Assembly (NCBI GenBank): GCA_951406725.2
Contig: OX597830.1
Span: 28,024,001-28,088,000 of the forward strand
Length of the DNA: 64,000 nt
Source of the DNA: Octopus vulgaris
Lineage: Eukaryota
Direction of reading: 5' to 3'
Shown here in pieces: positions 1 to 14,743 of the stretch (within the stretch, counting starts at the first letter, position 1; each line of letters opens with the position of its first letter). The notes under the pieces are model-generated. The model was not told the origin of the DNA. It searched no databases and was given only the letters and a program-made list of their open reading frames with translations. A program made the translations under genes and the position numbers.

Positions 1-8
1 CTACCACT

Positions 9-160
<152 letters not shown>

Positions 161-228
161 TAAAATCACCAATTCAGACTCGAGAACCAGCGCCTTAACT
201 AGCATCCGAACCAAACACCCTTTGTACC

Positions 229-237
229 AACAGCAGT

Positions 238-270
<33 letters not shown>

Positions 271-340
271 AGAAGAAGAAGAAGAAGAAGAAGAAGAAGA
301 AGAAGAAGAAGAAGAAGAAGAAGGAGAAGAAGAAGAAGAA
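229..340. repeat. compound (CAG)n(AAG)n microsatellite
   Basis: Visible directly; explains the poly-Leu ORF 195..383. Confidence 0.95.
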
Positions 341-605
341 ACAGCACTAACATCAACATCAAGTACATATCAACTCCATTCATAGTGTGTGTGTGTGTCT
401 CAAGGGTGGTCTACACTTTAATAAGAACAAAATGCAAAATAAAAAAGAAGAAAAACTGAGAGAGCAAGAAATAAATAATAAAAACAAACTATAGATTTTC
501 TAATTTTTCTTCTTTTTTTAGTTGTTTTGCGGGTTCGGGGAGTTCAGAGGAATGATGGATGAGGGCGGAGATCTAGCACAGGCAACATGTATCAGTAGAC
601 AGTTC

Positions 606-781
606 ATATATACATGTATACATCACTATATACGCATATATACACACATATATACGTATATATATATATACATATATATATATACATATATATATACATA
701 TATACATACATATATATATATATATATAAATGTATATATATATATACACATATATATAAACATATATATGTGTGTATACGT

Positions 782-842
<61 letters not shown>

Positions 843-1054
843 CATACATTAGTACAACAGTGCGTGTATATATTTCATACAACCATATATATAAGTGTAT
901 ATATGTGCATATATATTGCTGTTTATAATACATAGAAGCACTCTTGTACAATTATCTGTACATGTATTTCTGAATATATATATATATATATATGTATACA
1001 CACATACATACATACATGCATACATACATACATACATACATAAATACATACATA

Positions 1055-1104
<50 letters not shown>

Positions 1105-1222
1105 AAAAAGGGGACACCTACACACGCATATATATGTGTGTGCATGTATAGATACATATTTACATATACACAATTACATATACAATCATACTTTACATTT
1201 GTATAAAACTATGTAAATTTAG

Positions 1223-1261
<39 letters not shown>

Positions 1262-1681
1262 CACACACACACAAACTCATACTCGCACACACATAGAAAC
1301 ACGCATAGACAACATAAGCACATGTACACATGCCTTCACCCTTATAAAACACCAATATATTACATACATCACCAATGACAACAATTACAACAACAACAAC
1401 AACAAATGCTACATCAAGAATATCAACATTAAAAACAAAAAAAAAAAATAAGAGCCCTGACCAGCTATATAACCACTACAACATTAGTATCACGAGGAAC
1501 AAGTAAGCATTTGCAGAGGTGTTAATGGGGTTAAAATGAAAAATATGGTACATGTTATTCCAAAGATATGAGGTCATAGCAAGTTTGGTGGATTGTATGT
1601 ATAAGAAATCTGTCTTTATGTATATTTAAGAAAGTGTATGTATGTGTGATTGTATGTGTGTGTGTGTGTGTGTGTATGTGT

Positions 1682-1736
<55 letters not shown>

Positions 1737-2270
1737 GTGTGTGTGCGTTTAAAAGTATAGTCGTACTGGTTCGAGTTGCGGGGCTAAGAATACACATACG
1801 AATATACACGCTAACATATATAGGTGTGTATGCATTTATATATGTATATATATATATACGAAGACTTTTATGGATGCATGCTGTGGTGTATGTATCAGGT
1901 GTATATACATATATATATATATGGATGTATATGTTATATATATATATATATACATACACACATATATATAACTATATATACATATATATGTATGTATATA
2001 TAGTTATATATACATATATATATGTACATAATATATGTATATATATATATATATATGCATATATGTATATATTTATATATATATATATATGTACATATAT
2101 ATGTACATATATATATATATATGTATATATTTATATATATATATATGTACATATGTCTATGAATGTGTCTGTAAGAATATACATGTATATACATGCGTGC
2201 AGGATACTGTTAGTGTGTACGTTTTTGTTTGTTTGTGTGTGTGCGTGTGTGTATGCATGTATGTTTGTGT
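606..2270. repeat. mixed (TA)n/(CATA)n/(CA)n/(TG)n microsatellite field, representative of many similar fields across the window
   Basis: Visible directly; source of the [14 protein letters not shown] ORFs. Confidence 0.95.
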
Positions 2271-2631
2271 AGGTTGGCGGGGGTGATAGACTGCGTCTGG
2301 AGAATGTCTTTGAATCGAGTTTTTTTTTGCGTTTTTTTTACTTGTATGATCTCCGTGGTATTATATGACTGTTTAAAGGGTGACTGCTCGTAGCAAGAAT
2401 ACAGCAGCATCTGAAAAATTTATGCTTTGGCGTCCTGGGATCAGAGCCGAGCTGAGTCGAAATTATTAACTCTTATCCGGATAGTCTCAGTAATTTATTG
2501 TTATAGAATTTTATAGATTTAATTAAATGATGTCTTGTTTTATGACAACATAGATATATGAGCAATTAAACTCACAAGGTAGTGAATTAACATTTTCGTG
2601 AGAATGCCTTGGAATATAAGTTCCGAGTTAA

Positions 2632-3990
2632 GGCGGCGAGCTGGCAGAAACGTTTAGGACGCCGGGCGAAATGCATTGCCTGTCCATATCTATGTTTGGC
2701 CCCCGGTGGGCAATAAAGAAATTCGTATTTCGTCTGCCGCTACGTTCTGAGTTTCAATTCCGCCGAGGTCGGCTTTGCCTTTCATCCTTTCGGGGTTGAT
2801 AAATGAAGAACCAGTTACGCACTGGGGTCGATATAATCGACTTAATCCGTTTGTCTGTCCTTGTTTGTCCTCTCTGTGTTTAGCCCCTTGTGGGTAGTAA
2901 AGAAATAGGTATTTCGTCCGTCATTACGTTCTGAGTTCAAATTCCGCCAAGATCGAGCTTGCATTTCACCCTTTCGAGGTCGATAAATTAAGTACCAGTT
3001 ATGTTCTAGGGTCGATCTAATCGAATGGTCTCCTCCCCCCCCCAAAATTTCGGGCTTTGTTCCTAGAGCTGAAAATAACATATTTTCCGAGTTAAGGCGG
3101 CGAGCTGGCAAAATCGTTAGCACACCGGGCATAACACTTAGCAGCAATCTGCTGAGGTCACTTTGCCTTTCATCCTTTTCGGTTCAATAAAATAAGTACC
3201 AGTTGATCACTGGGGGTCGATGTAATCGATCTACTCCTCCCGCAAAATTGCTGGCCTTGTGCTAACTTTACGTTTTGTGTTCCAACTCCGCTGAGGTCGA
3301 TTTTGCTTTTCATCCATTTTGGTGTGATGTAAGCACCAGTTGATCACAGGGTCGATGTATTCAACGTAATTCCTCCCCGACCTTACTGGCCTTGTGCCAA
3401 AATTTGAATCTAGTATGTGTTCTGATTCTCATGTCTTGAGTTCAAATTTCTCCTGAGTCAACTTTACCTTGATGGTGCGACCTGTCAGAATCATTAGCGC
3501 GTCGGAGAATCTATTTAGCAGCATTTCTTCCGACCCTTTACGTTCTGAGTTCGAATCCCACAGAAGTCAATATTGCCTTTCATTATTTCGGGGCTGATAA
3601 AATAAACACTAATTGAGCTCTTGGGCCAATGTAATCGACCTCCGCATCCTTCAAATTTGCAGGCCTTGGGACAAAATAAGTTTCGGCTCTCTTCACCTGA
3701 GTTCAAAACCCGCTGGTGTCAACTTTACCTCAAGCAACATGACAAAATCAGTAGACAAATTGCTTAGCGGCATTTCTTCCGGCTCTTTGTGCTCTGAGTT
3801 CGAATTCCGCCGAGCTCGACTTTGACTTTATCTTTTCGGAGTAAATAGAAAAGTACAGTTGAATACTGGGGTTGATGTAATCGATACGCCCTCTTTCCTA
3901 CCAAAATTTCTCGCTTTGTAACCATTATCTGGTCCTGCTCCTTAGAGTTCTGGTTCCAAATTCAACTAAAGTCAACTTTACCTTCCACTT
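2632..3990 (+). mobile_element. cluster of tRNA-derived SINEs, family B (GGCGGCGAGCTGGCAGAA head), about 6-7 whole or partial copies head to tail
   Basis: Repeated module GGCGGCGAGCTGGCAGAA...GAGTTCAAATTCCGCC (B-box-like)...GAGGTCGACTTTGCCTTTCATCCTTTCGGGGTCGATAAA..AGTACCAG; the same module recurs at 8.0-8.9, 16.9, 34.7-35.0, 44.0 and 45.6-46.1 kb. Confidence 0.88.
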
Positions 3991-4919
3991 TTGGGCTAAA
4001 ATGAATTGTGGTATTTATTCTGGCAATGTACAAAACATTAAAAATAAGAATGGAGAATTATATATCCTCAACAGCTTGTTTGTTACACCTTCTCTTTATA
4101 TCTCTGTCCGACATGTTTTTCTACTGTAGAAAGATCCTAAGATGTAGCATTCAGTTACTTCCTGATGGTTGAATCGCGTTATAAGTTCATTCAATGTATA
4201 CATATATATGCAACTTTATATTCGAGGTGTTACCACTGCATAGGGATGCAGATAAAAACCAGTAGAGTTGATGTGCATATTTCCACGGAGTACAAAATAA
4301 AGGCTACAGAATAAAGAAAAAAGATGAAACACAAGAGAGGAATTAAGTAAAGGCATCTACGCTACTTGCCTTAACAATTCATTGGAACTTATGGTGTTAT
4401 ACACAACTATGGTATCATCTGCAAATTAAGTAGGAATACGGTCATTACGTAAGCCATGTTTACCCCAAAACAGCTGTCGGGATATGACTTTATATAATTC
4501 TTCTGTTTTACTTCGCATTTTTTTCTGTAATCTGTATTTTCTACGCTATGTAAATATACATCCCAGGCTACAATTTCTTATCTTTACATCCATAACAGCT
4601 CGGTAAAAATCCTTCTAGTTTTCGGTTCGGAGATGATAGCTCTGGATGAAGAGGTTGGATTTTTCGGTCCCTTCCATTTGAATATGACCCTTTTTTTTAT
4701 TAATACTACGTTTACTTTGCGCTTACTTCTTCATTATATGTTCTTTAATACCCACCGTCGTATAAGGATTCTTCTCAGGAAGCTATCCTACTGCAAATTT
4801 CTGTGTAAACAAAACACATTCACTATGTATGTGTAACAAAGAGTGTTCATATTTATCAATTTTTCCATAGCCAGTTTTTTATGGTGATTCATGATTTTAA
4901 TTTTCTGCCACACGAGTCT

Positions 4920-6240
4920 TCTTTCTCTCCCCCCCTCTCTTCTTTCTCTCCCTCTCCCGCTCTCTGTATCTTCATCACACACATGCAACTTATATTTCGT
5001 CACTCTCCTTTACCCGCAATAGGTCTGACCATCTCCCCACAACGTTTCAATTTCTCAACTTCCATCTCAGTAATATTGTTGTTGTGGTTGTTGTTGTTCT
5101 TCTTCTTCTTCTTTATCATCTTGTTCCCGTTCTTGTTGTTGTTGTTCTTCTTCTTCTTCTCCTTCTTCTTCATCATCATCTTCCTCTTCTTCTTCTTCAC
5201 CTTCTTCTTCTTCTTCTTCTTCTTCTTCTTCACCTTCTTCACCTTCTTCTTCTTCTTCTTCTTCTTCACCTTCTTCTTCTTCTTCTTCTTCTTCTTCTTC
5301 TTCTTCTTCTTCTTCTTCTTCTTCTTCTCTTTCTTCGTCCCCCTCCGCCTCCTCGTCCTCCTCGTCCTCCTCCTCGTTGTCGTCGTCGTCTTACTCCTCC
5401 TCCTCTTCCTCTTTCTTTCTTCCTCCTTTTCACACTTCGTACAAAAACATACCCATACACTCATACTATTGCACTCTCGGTGTATTTTACTTTTTTCCTC
5501 AGTATTCCAATCCCTCTTTCCTTCCCTCTATCTTTCTGCCTCTTTCACTCCCTCCCCCTCTCTATCATCCCATACCCCCCTCTTAGCATATGTCTCGCTA
5601 TTTATATTACTATCTGTCAACCCTCTCTGCTTCAGTTTCTTTAGCCATTACTCTTTTCTCCTCATTTCCGTATCTAATTCCCTCCCCCTTCTTGTTTCTG
5701 CTCTGTTCTCTTCTTATTCCTCTTCAACCTCCTCCACCTCCTCTTCTTACTCTCCCGTCTCCTGCTCCTGCACTTCCCATTCCGCCTCCACTTCCTCCAC
5801 CTCCTTCCTCTTCACCAACTCCGCCTTCTTCTCTTCCTCCGCTCCTCACATAACTTCTCTCCACTTTCTCCTCACTCTCCCATTCCACCGCCTCCCCTCT
5901 TTCTCTTCCCCTCATCTTCTTCCCATACCCCGCTTCATCCCTCTGCTTTTCTTCCTCCTCTCTTTCCCTTCTCCTTCTCCTTCTATTTCATCTTCACCCC
6001 CCCACACACACTTCTTTCTCATCACGTCTTTTCCTCTCTCCGTTCCTTCTTCGTCTCTTTTATTTCTTTCTTTCCTCGTTTCCCATTCCCCAACCATCCG
6101 CTTCTGCTTCTTCTCTTCTTCATCGCCTTCTTACTTCTCTCTTCTTACTCCCACCCCCTCCCACCGATGCTCCTCTTCCTACCCCTCTCTACCCCCACTT
6201 CTTTATCTCTATAAGCCATCCAAGCCACCCTACAAAAACC
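4920..6240. repeat. long polypyrimidine/(TTC)n/(TCC)n low-complexity tract
   Basis: Strongly C/T-skewed + strand; explains the 455-aa F/S/L/P ORF. Confidence 0.9.
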
Positions 6241-6654
6241 TTCATTAGGTTTCCACTTTGAACTCGAAACATTTCTTTCCTTGATCTTAATGAAGTCACT
6301 TTGAACTTTACCTTCAATGTTTAGGATTTTTTGGCTTTACTTACTTCGGGGTGGGAAAGAATTACGGGTGTTTGGATTATGGGCGAGGTAGGTTATAGCA
6401 GCATCCGATAAATTACGAGACTGTGTGTCAATCTGTTTATCTACTCCTCGGCTAATATATTAGCTAAGCTCTCCGGTTCCCCGTTGCTAGAAATGAATGT
6501 GTGCGCCATATTTACATAAATTTCGTACATTACATACGTACATACGTACATACATACATACATACATACATACATACATACATACATACGTACATACATA
6601 TATACAAATATGCATGCGTATATACTTATATACGCATATATATGCATATATATC

Positions 6655-6718
<64 letters not shown>

Positions 6719-7341
6719 GTGTGTATATATATACATATGCATATATGTATATGCATATATATATATATATATATATATCTGTGTATATATATGCGTGTAT
6801 GTTTGTATATCTCTCTTTTTCTCTGTCTATCTATCTATCTATCTATCTATATCTATCTATTTATCTATACATATATATATATGTATATATATATATATGT
6901 ATGCTTGTATGTATATGTGTGTGTATATATATGTATGTATACACACACATATACATACATTTATATACACATCGATGTACTCCTAAATATACGGCATCAT
7001 CAGCATGTTCTTTGTCTTACCTATCTCCAGTAACCAATGCATTAAGACATATAGAGCTAGACCACAAAATCATAGCTTAGACAACTTGCATAACTGAGCA
7101 AAAATTATCTAAGACAAATAATGCAGAATGACTAGTGGCATGCATCAAAACAAAAGAGCCAAACAATGGTATTTAATACTACACAGCATAAGTTCTGCTT
7201 CTATTAAAATTATCGCTACATCTGGAGGACGTGTCAAGTCACTTGTCCTACAAATGCCGCCTGTTAAGACAGACACCCATCCCTACAACTGTACTGTGAT
7301 TCCCAGATAAGAGTACAGATAAGAGTGCATGCCGTTTACTG

Positions 7342-7614
7342 CAGCAGTCAGCAACCTATTTGTGTACCATAGACTGGTTTCATGGAAAAATATGTTTCCA
7401 CAGACTGCAGGATCATGCACATAAGAAAACACATTTGTATGCAGAAATTCTAATTTAAGTATTACTCACATAATGCAAAATTACCCTAGAATCAGTGGCG
7501 GTCATAGATTAGAATTGAAATTTAAAATGTATTCTTTCTGTCCGGTCTGGTACCAAATAATAAAGATTCTACATTCTGGTACTGATCAAGACCCCAGTGG
7601 TTAGGGGGTCCCTG
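7342..7614. mobile_element. hAT (Charlie/MER1-like) non-autonomous DNA transposon, degenerate
   Basis: Ends CAGCAGTCAGCAACC...GGTTAGGGGGTCCCTG form imperfect TIRs; flanking 8-mers GTTTACTG/TTTTACAG match 6/8 (hAT-size TSD); internal GACTGGTTTCATGGAA..TTTCCACAGAC and TAGAATCAGTGG resemble MER1-type Charlie elements (from memory). Confidence 0.6.
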
Positions 7615-7989
7615 TTTTACAGTATTAGTGTTACAAATTTGGTGTATATTCGATTCTTGAGTTTAACTTACCTACACATTGCGGATCTGGTCTAAACTCT
7701 TATTTGAGAATTATGATAAATTCCCCATAGGCGAAGCTTTAAAAATAAAATTATCAAGAATTCTTGTATATCATTTGATATACCTGTTTGAGTTCATGAA
7801 ATTCAAATGGTTACCACTAACATGTATTTGAACGCAGAGATTAAAGAGTTTAACAAGTACCACAATGCATTATCTCCATAGCCCCAATGATTTTGTAAAT
7901 CCAGCGCTCAGTGAGTCTGCTGATAACGGTTTCTGATTCACGCAAAATAATAACAATTTGGAGGGTTCTTAGCTGGATACATTATTTTC

Positions 7990-8927
7990 TCGACTCTGAA
8001 AGGATGAAAACCGAAGATGATCTCAGCGAGACTGCGAAATGCAGAAAAAATTTCTTCCAAAGAGCAGTTATTTCTTACGCTCAGAATCAGTTTTATTTGT
8101 TTTAATAAACGTTTCAAATATTATCACAAGATCAACAATATTAGATAGGGGCGGAGTCAGTCAATTACATCAACATCAGCCCCAGTGATCAACTGACACT
8201 TTTATGGATCTCAAAATAATCCTTTCTACTGAAGACACAAGGCCGGAAATTTTTAGGAAAGGGACTAATCGATACAAGTGTTTTACAGGTACTTAATCCA
8301 TCGACTCCGAAAGGATGAAAAGCAAAGTCGACCTCGGTAGAGTTTGAACTCAGAACGTAGCAACGGGCGAAATACCGCTAAGCATTTCGTCCAGCGCGCA
8401 AACAATTCTACCAGGACGATACCTTAATTGATCCCGAAATAAAGAAAGCAAATCGACTTCAGCGAAATTAGAACACTGAATAAAGCGCTATAAGAAATAC
8501 CTATTTCTTTACTACCCACAAGAGGCTAAACACAGAGGGAATAAACAAGGACAAACAAACGGATTAAGTCGATTATATCGACTCCAGTGCGTAACTGGTA
8601 CTTATTTAATCGACCCCGAAAGGATGAAAGGCAAAGTCGACCTCGGCGGAAATGGATCTCAGAACGTAACGGCAGACGCAATACCGCTAAACATTTCGTC
8701 ACGTTCGCTAACGATTCTGCCAGCTTACTTCCTTAATAATTCTTTTCTACAAAGACAGATGGTCGATTACATCGACCTGAGGGTTCACTTGATTAATATT
8801 TCATCAAACTCGAAAGGATGAAAGACAAAGTCGACCACGCCGAAGTTTGAACTTAGTACATAATGATAGACGAAATGCAACAAAACAGTCTGTCAGGCGT
8901 GCTAAAGATTCTGCCAGCTCGCCGCCT
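7990..8927 (-). mobile_element. cluster of family B SINEs (reverse strand)
   Basis: Repeated CCGAAAGGATGAAAGGCAAAGTCGACCTCGGCGGAA..TGAACTCAGAACGTA; ends with TTCTGCCAGCTCGCCGCC, the reverse complement of the head. Confidence 0.88.
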
Positions 8928-9135
8928 CAATAGGAACAGCAAATTCACTTTTCAACTCCCATCATTCGAACCTTACATGGAAAGATAACCCACTAAATAA
9001 CATGAAGCTACTCCCAATAAATTGTAACGAATTACTAGAGTTGTAAGAAAAAGATCATAACAATTTCTTATAATTTACTTCGCTTTATATCATTCGTGGT
9101 TATAGAGACAAAATTGACTCCGATGCTCTCACTGT

Positions 9136-9330
<195 letters not shown>

Positions 9331-9961
9331 GCCAATCTAATTGTCAGTTGAGCGCGTGCGTACATAGGGTTCTCACTAAAAGTCTTACAGAACTCTTAAT
9401 TGTTTTATTCTGACAAAAGTTCGTAGCAACGTATGACAAGTAATCTTTAAACATTGATACACACAAAAATGAAATTACTTTTCAATGATGCCTTGCTCTC
9501 ATCTCATGTCTTCACATACACCAATTTCACATACATACACTTCTGCGCACACATACACTTATACACATATATGATCATAGACATACATAAATACATACAT
9601 GCATATAAACATAGACATACGTAAATACATACGTGCATATAAAGACATACACACACACACACATACACATAGTGGATGAATGTGAAGCATGTACGCATAA
9701 AAATGCTCACAAATAGTTGTATACTTGGAATACTTATACAAATTACTTTTGACGTATAAAATATGTCCTACATTTTGTTTATACTACTATACGTTAGTTC
9801 ATATATAATAAAATATGCACATACACACACAGGCCCACACACGCACATATATATATATATGCGTGTCTATGTATGGACACAAAAGTATTTGTACGGCTAC
9901 GTATAGCTATACATTTTTTGTGTAGGTAGGTGCGAGCATTTACAGACATGTAAATATACAT

Positions 9962-10013
<52 letters not shown>

Positions 10014-10023
10014 TTATACACGC

Positions 10024-10072
<49 letters not shown>

Positions 10073-10139
10073 CATACATACATACATATATATATAGAGA
10101 GAGAGATTGATAGATAGATATAGGCATACATACACACAC

Positions 10140-10232
<93 letters not shown>

Positions 10233-10576
10233 CACACGCACACCCACACACACAGAACGGCAAAGTAGATGTAAAGTGTGGACATATTCTGAAAAGTGCA
10301 GATAGTGAGAATTAGAATCATATAAAGAAAAAAAAATGTAAAAAGGATTAGACAGATTGCGATTTCAATATTTGAAAGTACTCTAAATATCAATGTTACA
10401 AATTTTCTATCGTATGAATTGCAGATAACTAAATATAATTAAATAAATGGTACACTAAAAATACTTTGCCATAAACAACAACGCTGTACCTCAAAATTTA
10501 AATCACTAAGAAAAAATAAAATGGCAGTAGAAGAAATGGTTATAACGAGGAATGAATATTAACAGAAAAAATCTGC

Positions 10577-10649
<73 letters not shown>

Positions 10650-10681
10650 GACGAATAGTTAACTACATAAATTTACATAGC

Positions 10682-10721
<40 letters not shown>

Positions 10722-10727
10722 TTATTT

Positions 10728-11130
10728 GGCGCAGGGGTAACTGTGTAGCAAGAAGCTTGCTTTCCAATCACATGGCCCTAGGTTCAGTCCCACTGGGCCT
10801 AGTGTCTTCTACTATAGCCTCTATTGAGGCCTTATTAGTGGATCAAGTAGTCGGAAACTGAAAGAAGCCTGTCATATATATATATATATGTGAGTGTGTG
10901 TGTGTGTGTAGGTGTATCTTTGTACTTGTATTTGGCCATCACTTGACAATCAATGTTGGCGTCTTACATCTTCGCAACTTTGGGGTTCGTCAAAAGAAAC
11001 CGATAGAATAAATACTAGGCTTACAAAGAATAAGTCCCGGGAGTCGATTTCTTCTTTTAAAACCCTTTAAGGCGGTGCTACAGCATGACTGCAGTGAAAT
11101 GAGAGAAACAAGTAAAAGAGTAAAAGAAAA
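10728..11130 (+). mobile_element. tRNA-derived SINE family A (GGCGCAGGAGTGGCTGTGTGG head, internal TA/GT microsatellite, AAAAGAGT tail)
   Basis: Head GGCGCAGGGGTAACTGTG..GGTTCAGTCCCACTG, body GGAAACTGAAAGAAGCC, tail GATAGAATAAATACTAGGCTTACAAAGAATAAGTCC...AAACAAGTAAAAGAGTAAAAG shared with about 10 copies in the window. Confidence 0.85.
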
Positions 11131-11309
11131 CACACAGACACACACACACACACACTCACACACACACACACACACATATTACTCTTGCTATACTCCGATC
11201 CGTATATACACACAACACACATCTGCACATAGATGCATACGTGTCTTTTAAATGTGTATTACGTCTTTTTTACACGCTGAGTCGGGCTAAATATTTATTA
11301 CCTTTTTAC

Positions 11310-11995
<686 letters not shown>

Positions 11996-12420
11996 ACTTA
12001 TTACGCTGACAAAGAACGCATGTTACGACGATTAGTTCAGCCTTTACATGTAAGTACGGTTTGTGCTTAACGTAAATAGCAACGTTGTATAGATTCCCCT
12101 CTGTTCTCTACGATGAAAAATGATTTTTTAAAATTCTATGATAGTTTAACGAAGCGTGAGATATATCGCAGCAATCTCCCGATTCCCGATATTTTTTGGC
12201 CAAAAAAGAATTATAATATACATTTACATGGCGTTAAGTATTCAATTTAAAAATTGTAGTTTAATTATATTAAATTCATCTGTGGTATCAATGACGTTTT
12301 TATTCACAGACTTATACATGGAGACATACATTCCCCATCTCTCTCTCTCTCTCTCACACACACATGCACATACGCATATATTTTCATATGTATGTAAAAG
12401 TCGTTGTGAATATGTATGCA

Positions 12421-12522
<102 letters not shown>

Positions 12523-12540
12523 TATTTTTCTATCTATCTA

Positions 12541-12591
<51 letters not shown>

Positions 12592-12711
12592 TTATCTATA
12601 TATCTACATATATCGTCTAAAGTACGCAAAAATGAAAACACAGACATCTCATTTTAACGGAAATATTTAACAAAATTACATAAGAATATTTTGAAATATT
12701 AAAGAGTAAAT

Positions 12712-12917
12712 TTATTCAATGAAATCGACATTTGCTTCAGTCACAGCCTCCAGACTACTTCGCAATCTTCTGCAACTCCCCTGGACTGTGTCCTTGTTTA
12801 GATTGGTGAATGCTGCCATAATCCTTGCCTTCAGATCATCTTTTGTATTATAAGGAGTTTTGCCGGTCTCTCGTTCAACAGCGCCCCACACACACGTATG
12901 TACACACACATATGCGC

Positions 12918-13008
<91 letters not shown>

Positions 13009-13555
13009 CATAGAATTTGTGTGCTCATGAGGAGCGTGGGGGAATGGAGCCTGTGCTTGTGTGTGTGTGTGTGTCAGTTTGTGCGTGTTTCTGTGTGTAT
13101 GTATGCGTGGCCAGATGTTATGGCTAATGTGGTCGCAGAGATTGTCTGACAGCCATGATTGGGTTCTCCTGCTTGTGTGACATTATGCCAGACATTGTGC
13201 CTTCCAGCAGCCATCCTCTTGACACAGGATAGGACTTGATGCCTGCCTCCATGTTGAGTTTGAGGCCATGTGGGTAGATGTGAATGGAGGCAAAACATTG
13301 CCATCACGAGTGATCACTCCAAATAACCTGATGTTGACTCGATGTTTGATTTTGATTACACGTGGTACATACACTGTTCTCAGATTGGCATCCAAAAACT
13401 ATGAAATTTTCGCATCGGAACTTCCGGCACGACTGTCAAGCAGCACAGAATGTCATTTCCAAATTTTTGGAGACAGGGTTCTGTGTAGGGAACATAATCA
13501 AAAGCAAACAGTGCGCATGCGCGAAGGTGAAATAGGACATGGCGACAATTTAGCC
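12712..13555 (-). pseudogene. decayed Tc1/mariner (DD37D/maT-like) transposase, split by a microsatellite block at ~12890-13105
   Basis: Minus-strand peptides [36 protein letters not shown] and VWGAVERETGKTPYNTKDDLKARIMAAFTNLNKDTVQGSCRRLRSSLEAVTEANVDFIE* resemble a DDD catalytic domain and C-terminus; frameshifted and deleted. Confidence 0.85.
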
Positions 13556-13572
13556 ATTACAACATATATATG

Positions 13573-13631
<59 letters not shown>

Positions 13632-14445
13632 GTGTATGCCTGTATGTTTGCGTGTACACACATATATATATAAATATATATATATGCATTCACACATATA
13701 TATGTATATACGTATATATATCATATACACACACACACATATATATATATTATATATATATGTACATATATATATATATATATATTATATACGAATACAT
13801 ATGTTTGTTGTGTACACCACCTATTTTCGTCTTGATTTTTTGTGAATTCTCCCCCACCCCTATATATATATATATATATATATAATTAGTAATAGCGTGC
13901 GAGTAAGTGAGAAAAGGAGAGAGAGAGAGAGAAAAAGAGAGAGAGAGTCAGGGAGAAATTGAAGAGTGGGGATGATTGATAAGAAAATATACGTATTGAG
14001 GATTTAAGGTCAGCATGTAACAAGGAAGCTAAAAAATAAAATACAAAATAAGAGACAAGCGCAACAACAACAGATTATGGGCAGAAAATAAAAACGCAAC
14101 ATGGCGGATTCTATCAGTGTAAGTATGTATTGCCATATTTCATTATTGCAGATAATGTAACCTGGGGGAAAAACTGACTGTATATATTTATACACTCAAC
14201 ATGAATTACTCAACCTATGCTGGGAGAAAGTGCAAAGTAAATGTGGCACGTGTGGTTTCCTTCATTCCTTACATACAGACATACGTTCATACATATATAT
14301 ATATATATATACATACGTTCATACATACATACATACATATATACACACATATATATACATATATATATATATATAGATATATACATATACATATATATAT
14401 ACATATATATATATATATAGATATATACATATACATATATGTATA

Positions 14446-14567
14446 CAGGGTGATTCAAAAGTCGCCATATATAAGAACAATTTATTTTTTATGAGAAAGA
14501 GTTTCTTTTTATTTAACTGTTTAGGAAAGAAAAATTTCCTATGTATGGCGACTTTTGAATCACACTG
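14446..14567. mobile_element. 122-bp Tc1/mariner-type MITE
   Basis: TIRs CAGGGTGATTCAAAAGTCGCCATA / TATGGCGACTTTTGAATCACACTG (1 mismatch in 24), flanked by TA on both sides. Confidence 0.88.
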
Positions 14568-14693
14568 TATATAATGTATGTATATACATACATACATATA
14601 TATATGTATGTATTCATATTTACTTCTATAGGTATATTCATATATATGCATATGTATATATATATATGTGTGTGTGTGTATATATATATATAA

Positions 14694-14743
<50 letters not shown>

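Noticed and set aside
522-2286. Many ORFs of [16 protein letters not shown] type, here and throughout the window
   Set aside because: Translations of stop-free di- and tetranucleotide microsatellites; no protein-like complexity
2632-3990. Regularly recurring ~40-bp motif suggesting a CRISPR-like array
   Set aside because: Copies are dispersed SINE bodies with homologous spacers in eukaryotic DNA; no cas genes
4881-6248. 455-aa ORF, the longest in the track
   Set aside because: A pyrimidine-dominated tract rarely forms stop codons; F/S/L/P low complexity with no domain
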